In this document: positions 50,335-61,421 of the stretch, in pieces
How positions within the stretch are numbered: position 1 is the stretch's first letter
Layout of the letters: every line of letters begins with the position of its first letter
Source of the DNA: Tubulanus polymorphus
Taxonomy: Eukaryota > Animalia > Nemertea
DNA: 64,000 bases
Reading direction: 5' to 3'
Assembly (NCBI RefSeq): GCF_964204645.1
Contig: NC_134033.1
Location: 11,354,655 to 11,418,654 of the forward strand
Notes under the pieces: model-generated
The model's database searches: none
What the model was told of the DNA's origin: nothing
Seen by the model: the letters and a program-made list of their open reading frames with translations, nothing else
Made by a program: the position numbers and the translations under genes

Positions 50335-52350
50335 TTACTCGGCACCGACCAACAACTTACTCCACTTTTTGGTACTATTTTTCTTACAATAACAATACGG
50401 TCGTAGATGCGGATATTGTTTCATCACGCAAGCCGGGGCATCGCCGTATTTGTTCGTCCGACTAATCTCGCGTGGATTCACCGAATATTTGCCAGTTTTT
50501 ATCGAGTATTTAATCGTCGCTTCGAAATGGCCGCCTCCCGGTGTCGTATGCAACGTTACCTGATACAAAATGGCGTCGTTTTTCGTGTTGTCCGATAAAT
50601 CGGCGACGCGTCCATCGGTATCGGCGCTCTTTTTGAATTTCAATACTTGTTCGTTCGGGGAATACATCACGCTGCGCACGATTTCGGCCACTCGTAATTC
50701 CTCGCACTGGCCTCTGAAAGATGACGTCATGGAATTTATAACGCTGACTAGTGCATCAGCGGCTCGGAGCACTTGCGGATCACGGGGCTGAACCGTCTTC
50801 CAATTCAGACACGAACACCAATGCGGCTCTATATCCGCCAGTTTACAAGTTCTATTTCTAGGTATCTCTTGTAATAAACTAATACCGCGTTGAGTGACGT
50901 CACCGAGTTTCTTATTTTGAAAATGTATCAAATCGTGAAACGTAGCATGAATGTCGAACGGTGTCGTTAAACGATACGCATTATTGCGCAGATTATTGAC
51001 GGCGTGTGGATACCTCTCCGAGAACCACGGTGGCGGTCGTATTGAAAAAAACGGATTTCGCTCCTCGTGTTTTCCCTGCACGAATTCGCGAATTCCGCTG
51101 AAACGAGCGCCGTGATCGCTCATCACAACCAGGAACGTGTTGTTGAGAAATCCGCGTTCGTTCATATTTTTCAACCAATCGCGCATATCTTCGTCGACGA
51201 TACTCAACGGGTTGTTGTTATCGTGCGAGCACTCCGAGTGGAAAGTGAAAGTGAATTTCGGTTTGTCTTTGTACAATTCGAACGCGTCGGTGACGTATTT
51301 CATCATCAGTTTGTGCCTCGGTTCCGAACCGAGACAATATTCCTTGTTACGCTTAAAATACTTATCCATTGATAGGTAAAACGGACGCATGAAATGATCG
51401 ACCGGAGCCTTCCTAAACCCTAACATACGATAGTTAAACGTCCCCAGATAAGGCATATCTTCGCCCCATAAAGTAACGTAACCGATATCGCTGAGATCTT
51501 TCCAGATCCACGGATGCCCGTCGACCGGCTTGGCGCCCGAATGTCCTCGTCTGGCTTCGGGTAATTCCGGCTCGGTTTTACCGGTAAGGATCGGTAACAG
51601 AGCTTGCGGCGTTCCGTCACCGACGATGTTATAACCTTCCAAAACCACTGCGCCTAATTGATTCTTTAAATAGTCGAATGTTAACGGCAGTTTCCGCATC
51701 CACGTCATACGCGAAACCGAATCGAAACCGAACATCAATATATCCATGCCGAGCGAATCGGCCGGAAGTGGTTTAGTTTCGTGTCGTCGGACAAGTTCCG
51801 GTTTCTCGGCGATTCCGATATGTAAATTGTCGTATTTGCTGCCGTCGGTCGCGAAACAGCTCGTTTTGAAGAAATCTTCGGTTATTTTCGTACCGTTTTG
51901 AATCGCTCGGATTCTGCGACCGTCCTTTATCGTGTAATCGTCGGATTGGCGAAATAAAGGCACGTAATCGCAGGTCACGTGACCGTGTTTCAAAACGGCC
52001 GATCGGGCGATCATGAAAGAACCGTTATTCACGTAAACCCAATCTTTCTCCTGGTTACAAGTCACTTTCGGCACTTTATAGAAATACTTGGCCAGTTCGG
52101 GCGGGTTCAACTCGACCGCTGGATGTACGCAGGCTAGGCCGCTCTGTTGTTTCAAATGATCGTCGGTCGCGTCGTTATTTTTCAGGGAATCTCGCAAAAT
52201 CACGTCGTCGATCACCATCGGACGAGAGTTGGAGCGCGAAAGATCCTTCGAGTGCGCGAAAAGGAAGTAAGCGCATGTCATCGCTACAGCGCCTAGGAAC
52301 AGCGCGACCACTCGCCTCCGTGAACGGCGTATTCCGCGTAGACAAAACAT
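50335..52350 (-). CDS. DUF229-family, alkaline-phosphatase-superfamily type II membrane protein; single coding exon, 671 aa
   Basis: 2016-nt ORF from the ATG at 52350, just after a TTTTCAG acceptor (exon start 52375). Basic N-tail plus TM (RRSRRRVVALFLGAVAMTCAYFLF). Motifs FGFDSVSR, GYNIVGDGT, SHD, VVMSDHG, EERNP, LTTPFDIHAT, RGISL...IP.NRTC..A.I.PHWC.C and terminal YCYC are characteristic of DUF229 proteins. Confidence 0.9.
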   Translation of the reverse strand: MFCLRGIRRSRRRVVALFLGAVAMTCAYFLFAHSKDLSRSNSRPMVIDDVILRDSLKNNDATDDHLKQQSGLACVHPAVELNPPELAKYFYKVPKVTCNQEKDWVYVNNGSFMIARSAVLKHGHVTCDYVPLFRQSDDYTIKDGRRIRAIQNGTKITEDFFKTSCFATDGSKYDNLHIGIAEKPELVRRHETKPLPADSLGMDILMFGFDSVSRMTWMRKLPLTFDYLKNQLGAVVLEGYNIVGDGTPQALLPILTGKTEPELPEARRGHSGAKPVDGHPWIWKDLSDIGYVTLWGEDMPYLGTFNYRMLGFRKAPVDHFMRPFYLSMDKYFKRNKEYCLGSEPRHKLMMKYVTDAFELYKDKPKFTFTFHSECSHDNNNPLSIVDEDMRDWLKNMNERGFLNNTFLVVMSDHGARFSGIREFVQGKHEERNPFFSIRPPPWFSERYPHAVNNLRNNAYRLTTPFDIHATFHDLIHFQNKKLGDVTQRGISLLQEIPRNRTCKLADIEPHWCSCLNWKTVQPRDPQVLRAADALVSVINSMTSSFRGQCEELRVAEIVRSVMYSPNEQVLKFKKSADTDGRVADLSDNTKNDAILYQVTLHTTPGGGHFEATIKYSIKTGKYSVNPREISRTNKYGDAPACVMKQYPHLRPYCYCKKNSTKKWSKLLVGAE

Positions 52351-52947
52351 CGCTCCACACGCGCAGCAGTCCGATCTGAAAATAGAGAAAATATCAAAGA
52401 TCACCGTTATATTCTTAAATAATACGCTTTATATGTATAGAGCCTAATGGCGATCGTGTAAACTTTTGTCGTAATGTCCTGATCCGTAATTTCCTGTGAC
52501 TTGCGACTCTGAATTTTGTGATCGCGATGAAGTTTTGCGCGTTCCAGATGAATTCTTCTGGCTTTGTGCAAAATCAAAGTAATAAAGTGAACCGTAACAG
52601 CAGCCACATTCTGTCGCACGTGCCAGATGAGGCACTGCGCGATGCCGGTGGAAAATCCAATTTATTCAGCAAGGAAATATGGCATTATGTACTATTCAGA
52701 TGTTGCAAGAATTAATTGAAGTGGTCAATGTATTTATGAAATACCAATTTAACCAATATACATCTGTCTATTTACACATTGTGTATGAAATGGATTTCAA
52801 TTCAGGAAAGTAGTCACAACGAACTATCTACAGCACCGGGAAGTCCGGGATTACTTCGGAGTAGTCGAAATACTGAAAACATGTCTTCATTCCCAGATTC
52901 CCCTCTAATGCAGTACCGCAAGCTGTATGACCACTGACCAGGTAGAT

Positions 52948-53044
52948 AAGTTCTACTGGTCTATTGGTTAGTCGCTTACTTTCTACGTGCTAGACCCGGG
53001 TTCGAACCCGGTGTGTGCCGTAATTTCACTGTCACTCACTCTTA
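52948..53044 (+). mobile_element. tRNA(Glu-like)-derived SINE head
   Basis: A-box TGGTCTATTGG at 52957-52967, B-box GGTTCGAACCC at 52999-53009, degenerate acceptor and anticodon stems, tail TTCACTGTCACTCACTCTT. Homologous to the flanks of the 29-bp array. Confidence 0.65.
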
Positions 53045-53297
53045 ATGGTGACATCGTCTACAGCCGGACACAGAGGAAACGCTGGTATTATTTTGTCTCG
53101 TGTTTCTCTGTGTCCTGTGCGTTGGGCTAATTATACCCACAGCCAAATTGTCATCATATTGAGCTTTAAGCATTGCGTTCCAATTTTTACTAATGATAAC
53201 AAATTATTTGTGCTCCATGTCTATCGAACAAATCACCGACATTTCTATCCATCATACAAATACAAATCTCAGCCTTAAGTTAACCTTTTGTTATTGT

Positions 53298-53444
<147 letters not shown>

Positions 53445-54495
53445 CTGTGGTACTGGACTGAACAGTCTCAGGAACCGAGGTTGGATCTGTCCCTGACAAA
53501 TCTGCATCACCGAAACTACGAAATCTCCAAAATAACTCATTCGTGACAATCTAGAATATGGTATAATGAATTGATGCATTCGGCGCGTCACGATTGGTGG
53601 TTGTTGTCATCCAATCGATGCCTCGGTTCGTCACCAAGAACCAATCGACAAAAGGGTTACTGAATCATGGCTCGGTGTCGTGATCGACAGAGCACGTACA
53701 GTTATTGATGATGGCAATAATTAGTTTACATTCAGTTCGCTGGAAATGCGAAGACATTTTTTCATCGACTAATATAAATCGGATATTACACTGCACAGGT
53801 CATATAGATCGATGATCGTCTCAGTAATATTCTGATAGATCGGTGCAGGGTGACTTACGATGCAGCAAGGACGATGAAAACTTCAAATCGTAAAAGGAAT
53901 CGATTTCTCAGAAGAACGGTCACGTGACATAATGGATATTCATATGTTATAACGAAGGGTTTTGTTTATAATTCGCAAAACCGCTAAGTCTACATTTTAA
54001 TCCTCGGAAGACTTATGAAAATTTAATGACATTGATGATTTCAAATCTCGTTTTAAAACTTCCCTTTTTAAAGAACATTTTATCAACAAATTTAATACGT
54101 ATTCTGCATAGAATATTAGAAATTCTGCATAGCCGAATTTCTATTGTAAACCGCAGTATATAGTGCGGTCTATAAATGTCTATTATTATTACGAAAACGA
54201 TTTTAAAAAAACTTAGATTTTGATTCCTTCTTTTCATCGAATATAAATTTGCTTTTCATCGTGGCACAAAAGCAAAAACGATACTCTTCTCGTCAGGTTT
54301 CGTAAAATTAAAAAGAATTAAGAAGAATTGCTACGAGTATGATTTTTTTTCCATACAAAGCCCAAATCAACTCATAATACATGTGTACATACATATATAC
54401 TGATAAGACTATCACGCTATTCCAGCATCAGCTGCAGCTCTCAGCTAGCTCTCAACTTCCCGCGTCGGCTTAGCGAGAATTATCCGATACGTGCC

Positions 54496-54672
54496 ACGTG
54501 AGCAGACGATTTTGCAGCTAATTACTCGCTATTTTCCCCGTGTTTTCTCTCGTCGACAAAAACACCGGATAATCCTCCGCGCGACGACATATTCATTCAC
54601 GTGTGACGTCATTCCACCTTTAATCAGACAACGTGTAGGTCTTATATTTCAACAAAACAAAATGATTGGCTG
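54496..54672 (-). promoter_or_regulatory. Candidate promoter for the DUF229 gene (E-boxes, CRE, CCAAT)
   Basis: CACGTG at 54496 and 54598, TGACGTCA at 54604-54611 and ATTGG at 54665-54669 in a CpG-rich patch ~2.2 kb upstream of the coding-exon acceptor. The assignment to this gene is inference. Confidence 0.3.
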
Positions 54673-55380
54673 CGCGAGTCTGCTGTTGTGAACGTTTGAA
54701 CTCGGAATTATGATTCAAACTTTTCGACTAAATTTAAAACAGTGTTCACAAAACGATCTAACTGATGAAAAAGGCTAAACGAAAGGGCCCAAGTTTGTAA
54801 TTGACGTTGTTCTGAAGAAATTGATAGCAATTTTTGAAAAGCTGCTCAAACTTGACATCGGTATATCGACCGATCGCGAATACGAAACGAAGCGCATCTG
54901 AAATCGAAAATCTTATGCGTAATGACGAAATTTAAAATTGAATTTCTACCAGAATCAACCGTCATCAGATGTACTGACATTTCGTTTAATGAACGAACGC
55001 CGCCGTGTAATTTCCGGTAAAGGGACCTCACACTTCACGCGTATCTGCGCACAACGATGGTTTTTCCAACTTTGTCTCGATGAAATTGGACGGTGATCTC
55101 TCCCAGGCGAAACCTGTAAAATGCCGATAATGCTTAATGGTTTTCCGCATCCACGGTCGTCAACGAACGTCAGATGATTCACGATTGTCGCCCCCCATCT
55201 ATAGCGGAAGAACCAATGACAGGCGACGACGAAGTAAATCTTCAAAGAAGTGTTTTTCTTACCGATTTTCTCTCGTAACGAAACGAGACGAATTTCAACA
55301 ATTTCGTGAAACTAACAATGATTGAAATTGCGAACCAAATTTTGGATAGTATAAAAATAAGAGACATAGCTGAACTAGTC

Positions 55381-55485
55381 GGAGAGTACCCGGGAGAGGA
55401 ACGGGGGTAGCTCCGGGAGAACACCCGGGAGAACAACGGGGGTAGCTCCGGGAGAGCACACGGGAGAACAACGGGGAAGAACACA
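55381..55485. repeat. Short imperfect purine-rich tandem repeat
   Basis: Variants of CCGGGAGAACA(A)CGGGGGTAGCT. Confidence 0.7.
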
Positions 55486-56121
55486 CTCAAGAAACTAGGA
55501 AACAAACATTGTAAAAGGTGTCGATACGTAGGAAAGACAAATAAAATCGTTGTGAGTGTTTAGATTTCAAAGTATATACGCCTGAGTTGTTTATTGTCAA
55601 ATGATGTCATTATGTTGGTCTCTGGTCAAAATTCAATTTGTGTCGTTGTGCGGAGCTGAGGAAGGGTACGCTCTCCCACGATATTTCGGTTCCTTCTTTG
55701 GGTCGCATAACAATATCTCCTCAGTATATCTGTGAGAAGCCGCAGTCGAATAAGCATCAATTTTTGCGACCAGTTGCTACCGCTTACAACGCGTTGCGAG
55801 CGGTTAGGGCCACCTTCGGTTTTCTGAGTTAGTCGACTATAGTCGAACTAAACGAAACCGAATGTCTGTTAGTCGGAACTATATTCCGGAAATAGTTCGA
55901 AAATCAAGCGCACCAGATTCTACTATTTACCGGTCAGGGGAGCGCCTATACTCACTATCATGACATTACCGATGTTGATAGGAATTATTCAGTCCTGGTC
56001 ATAGAGAGCAATAAAAGCTGTTATTATTTTTTATCATCTTAAAATACGGATTTCCCTTTTATTTAATTGGTCTGATTCGTTTTGATTTGATGTCTCCGAA
56101 ACGGATGGTTTATAATAGGTT

Positions 56122-56165
56122 TGCATCGGCCGGGAATCGAACCCGGGGCCCCGCGTGGCAGGCGA
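56122..56165 (-). pseudogene. 5'-truncated tRNA-Gly(GCC) fragment
   Basis: The reverse strand TCGCCTGCCACGCGGGGCCCCGGGTTCGATTCCCGGCCGATGCA is the anticodon arm (GCC), T arm and 3' acceptor strand of the conserved animal tRNA-Gly(GCC). The D arm and 5' acceptor strand are absent. Confidence 0.8.
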
Positions 56166-59100
56166 TATAGCGAGACGATGCTGCTGCTATTGCTGTTATG
56201 ATAATTTGACAACATCCTACTCACTCCCTGAGCCGATGCGCATTACGTTTATATTGCCTCGGCATCTAAAATAATGAATGAATACAAGATGAGTGCTGCG
56301 ACACGTATTCGTATAGAATTCCATCGCGATTTAACGATGGATCCCCGGAGAGACTCGCAACAATTCCAACAATTCATCGTAAAATATTCGGGGTTGTTTG
56401 ATATAATTGGTAAAGAAGGCTAATGAAGCTCTTTTGACTTTCAAATGATCCACATTTTCCACATAGGTGATGCCCATTAGTCGCTAATCATACAGCGAAT
56501 TATCTAGGGATATCGGTTGATAGTTTTAAAGGTTCTTTCTCAAATCAGACTAAGTCTCGCTCTTTCTGAAAAAGGAATTTCGATCGAACGAACAGACATA
56601 CATGACATTAGAAATTTCACGGAAACACGGTCGCGTTTCCCACCACTCAAGGTACATCGAATACTTTCAGATCGAATAACACTTAACGCTGTAATCTGCT
56701 AGTTCCCGTTACGCGAGAGAATATCTATAGCGGATTAGCACCCGAGAAGCTAGGCAAAAAATCGAATCTTAGATACGATCATGACTGTGTTCCAGGCGGA
56801 ATAAAGAAGTTTCGACTTTCTAAGCGCCATGCTGTGGCGGTGTCTAGAGGTGGTCCACATTGTTGCGATAATTTTCACTCTTTTTTTGAAATAAAAGTTT
56901 TCGTGGATTTCACTCTGCAGTCCATCGCTTGATAAACATAACATCATTTTAGAGGAAATGAAATGCAGATTCCTGCTGGCGATTCCCCTGAATTTTTCGT
57001 TCGCAATGTCTGGGTGACGAAGTGATAATAAGGACCGCATATTCTCATTAGCGTGGCTATAATATCTTGTCAGCCAAAGACCGTTTCTTGCGATTAGAGT
57101 CTGCGTTTTTTAATCTTTTGAATATCTATAAGAGGTTGCTTGCACGGAAGGTCATCGGTTGATCCTTTGAGTGAACTCTTTTTAAATGGTGAAATGATAT
57201 CAATCGGTTATTTTGAATGATTTTTCTGTATCTGTGTCAAGGAGCAGCAGATGCACCAGGTCTATATCGTATATACATATATCAAAAAAAAAAAAAATAA
57301 AAAAATACATTCTCTTTATGTATTTTTGATATTATGTCATACACGGACTACATTAACAATCAGTGACTAACTAGACAGGAAATCGTCTGATAAGGTTTTA
57401 TGTGGAAGGTTGTTGATCTACGGAATATCATTTTGCCAATATCAGTTTTAGTAGTTTGACAACGATAAGTAGATACCATACATAAACGTATGGAGTTTGC
57501 TGTTAAGAATTAGAAATCAAGCCCCAGCCGCTAAATTACCGCCGGTCGGTTGAATAAATATTCATACGACGTTTCGACTATAATCAAAAATTCTTTATGA
57601 ATTTCTGCTATAATCCAATAACATTTCGTTCGGACTTTTTTTAAAGATTCCTCGAAACTTCAGTGTAAACACCTGAAACAACAACGTATCTGGGAATTAT
57701 TTATATAAAAATTGGGCGTCATATTCACTGTGAAATACGTAAGACAAATATCACGTATACGTAATATGTTTGGGTTTGTAAAATTTTGATACCTTGCGTT
57801 TCAATTATTTCTTTGCATTTTTTTTACAAAAGGCCTACGAAAAATTCAGGATATATGATACCCATTAACCGCCTTCACGGAAAATCGTTGTTTCAAAATA
57901 ACCTTCGATAACAAATCGAAAATATCTATCAGTTTAAGGATTTTCGTGCCACTGCGTTACTTTTTTTAAATTTCCGTTACGGGCATTTCAAAATGGAAGA
58001 GAACCGGGAGAAAAATTGAAAAACAAAACTTTGTCTATCATTTTTTCACATAAAATCTAAGAAGGACTGCAGAAAATTTTTCAAAAAGAGCGAAAATCTA
58101 TTTGAAATGAAACAAAGATAAAGATTATTTTAAAAACCTGACGGAGGACAAAACAAAGACATTTTTTAATATGGTTGCAGCCGGGGATTCGTGCCCCGAG
58201 TATTCTACAAAGGCCTTCACGAGTGAAGGTGATTGATTTTGTAGCCGTTGATTGGAACAGACGATAGCTTTCTCATCGCGCCGCAGACGACGAAACCGAT
58301 CGATTTTCCGATCCGAACACAAGCAGCATAAACACATCAAGAAATAAATCTTCCGACGAAATGCTATTCATTTATCAACTTTACGTCCGAATGAGCGCCT
58401 GCTACAAAATTATATCCCGAATGGTGCGCGGTGCCTAGCACATTTCTAAGCAATTCGGTCGCTGATAAGACGGGCAGAAATCATTTCATATTCGATTATC
58501 TATCATAGCCCGTAACACAGGGGGCTCTTTGTTCCCGTATCAAACAATGGCACGACGTCTACTCTATAATTCCGTTGATAGAGAAAACTGGTTAACAATG
58601 TTCGGCGGTACCTCGCTATAACGATTTATCAGCTATAATAAACGATAAATAAATTATTATAAACCTCGAATTTTTCCGTCCCAAATAGGACTTCACTATG
58701 ATACGATATTGGATATAACGAACGATAAGTTATAAGGAACATATTTTCTGGTCCCCTGAAGTTCGTTGTAACAAGGTTCCACTGTATTCAGCGCTGGAAA
58801 AGGTTGTTGGTTTATTTACCCGTACGAGTATGTTCGACATATGTCAAATCGATCTTAGCATACAGTAAGATAATAATTGTCTAGACAATGCTGCGTCTGA
58901 AACCTAATCGGAAAATTAATTTGTCTGTAAAAGGTTTTAGTATATAAAATAGTCAATTAGCTCGATAACATAGAGCGCGTTTCTTCTAAGCATATAGTAC
59001 GCATATATACCCAAACACACATCATCTTCATAACCCATGCAAGACCCGTAGTCAGGGGTTCATCTGTTCGCACGAACGGGTCTTTTCACTTTGCTAGTTT

Positions 59101-60321
59101 CCCTCAATTTTCAACATAGAAAATACTATTTACTAAAAACTAATATAACCAGTTGTAAACCATCAAAATCTGTATTTCCTTAGTCAGTTACAACTTCATT
59201 AAGTCTGTCAAACGTATGACTCACAAAGAACGAAAGTTCAACTTGTCTCGAAAATCGAACTTGAGCTTACCATAAAAACCCACCTCTGCCTCAAGCATGT
59301 ACACGCATATATACATAATCAAAGAGCCTAATTCATAATTTCAAATGATTAAACATCTAATTAATGAGTTACTTATTACAAACTAGATAATCATTGTATT
59401 ATGTACTCGTATTGAGGCTCACCGTGCGTGGTTGTTCGCCGAAAGCATCGTTTCAACTCGTACGCGCATTCGCTTTAACAGCACAGTGACGCTGTTTTAG
59501 TTTGTGTGTGTTTTTATTTACAAGCCTTGTTTGATATGATGATTATCACTCATTAGTCTACGCGGTACTTATATTACATTATATACCGTTGCATACATCT
59601 TTCCTGATTATAAATACACAAAGCTAAATGGGTCACTTTCTGAATAATCACTTGAAACACTGAGAAAGGAAAACGAATAAAGTGAACATACATGTATACA
59701 TGTACGTACATATATACATGTTCATGTGCATCTATATGTTCACTTTAACAGTCAACATTAATGATTTAGATGGTTTTAGATAATATGGAGATTGTTCACC
59801 TGTTCATGTATCTATATGACGGAATGTCTATATAAGAGATATGTACATATGCGTCGAGGTGAAATCAATCAAGAATTTTGAAAAGTCGCATCCTAGAATC
59901 TTGGGGCCCGTGTTTCTACCACGGAACGGAGCATATGGTAGGGGTGAATAAAAATCTAATACTCAGTAGACTAAGGAAATAAATTCGAAAAAGCTGACGA
60001 CCCGATATCGCCATGCTGGTGAAGTAATCAGTTGGGAAAAGTTCATTGTAACCATGTTCAGATCCGAGCGTGAACAGGTTTGTATAAGCAGCCTCTATCT
60101 TAGGCGGGTGCGAATTTGGTTAAGGCGGAACCTATTTGACGGTGAAGCACCCCACGGGCAGTTCAGGGGCACTACCCCGAGGGAATTTTGAAAATTTGAA
60201 GCGTATTAGATGCATTTCCGGCGAATGTTAGTGACGCTGCACTTGCACTGGAACACTTATGTTGAATCTGAGAAATTTGAAATCTGAATCTTTGACATAA
60301 AATAGCGAAACTCGGGATCTT

Positions 60322-60452
60322 GTGCGTTCGCACTCAAAACACCCCCTTCTCCCGCGGGCACGAGCCTGGTATCAAATTTGGTGGGGAGGTGCGTTCGCAC
60401 TCAAAACACCCCCTTCTCCTCCCCGCGGGCACGAGCTTGGTATCATAATTTG
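60322..60452. repeat. ~67-bp tandem duplication
   Basis: GTGCGTTCGCACTCAAAACACCCCCTTCTCC...CGCGGGCACGAGC(C/T)TGGTATCA occurs twice. Confidence 0.8.
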
Positions 60453-60833
60453 GCGGATATTTTTACCTGTTACTGATGGCGTTCGTCTCCATGGTCTTCA
60501 GCATGTATATCAGCATGTACACAACAAAAAGAAACTCGCTTTTGGTGGAGCCAACGTCGTATTTTTTGAAATGTCAGATTGCCCTGATCATAACCATTGA
60601 TGAAACACTCAGCTCGTGTTGAAAAATCATGTAACAAATCCAACGGATGATAATCCGATATAATAAACCCACAGATAATCCGATATAGGCGAGACGAAGA
60701 TGCTGAAGGAAATACTCGGGAGGGGTTTTAGGCCTGACCGCGCCGGGTTCACGCATGAATATGATTATACATTGGTTACACGCGAACTTCGGAATATGAA
60801 GTAGATTTTATCATAGTGTATTTGTTTGCTTAA

Positions 60834-61421
60834 CCCTTTAACTGGCAATCGGTCGCTAGCGACCGATTTGAATAGACCAGCTATAGTGAATAGAATAGTC
60901 AAGTATTGATTTCATTGAAGCATTCTAACTCATTTTCTTATCAGCAAATGGCGACACCAGACGGCCTACAATGTCTAACAAGGCAGGAAAGTGATATTTC
61001 ATACATTTGGCATGTAGAAGGGGGTATGGAAACCACGTGTCACGTGGGTCAGATTTCGAAAATTGAGAATATCGTTAGTAGTAATGGCCAATGCACTAAA
61101 GACGTTCTCTAGTGAGTTTGGCTGATATTTTGGACATAGTAATGAAAGATTCTGATGATAATTCATATTGGAATGAATCTCATGACAGGTTTTTGGGTGG
61201 CCCAAAAATCTGGATGACCTTGGGATCTGTGACCTTGGAGTCAGACCCTGAAGGTAACACCCAAAGTTCGCAAACATGGTATCATTTGAAAGCTTGTGAA
61301 AAGAGCTTTCATAAAATACATACAATATGGGGTTATCCCTCATATCTACTGAGTTATTAAATTTTCCCCTTGCAAGGTCCAAAATCTCTCATAGGCCGAA
61401 AAATACTTGCCAGTTAAAGGG
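60834..61421. mobile_element. piggyBac-like non-autonomous element, 588 bp
   Basis: Perfect 15-bp TIR CCCTTTAACTGGCAA / TTGCCAGTTAAAGGG. Left flank TTAA, right flank TTTTAA. Confidence 0.7.

Noticed and set aside
52948-53020. Intact tRNA gene
   Set aside because: A and B boxes are present but the acceptor and anticodon stems do not pair, so it is treated as a SINE head.
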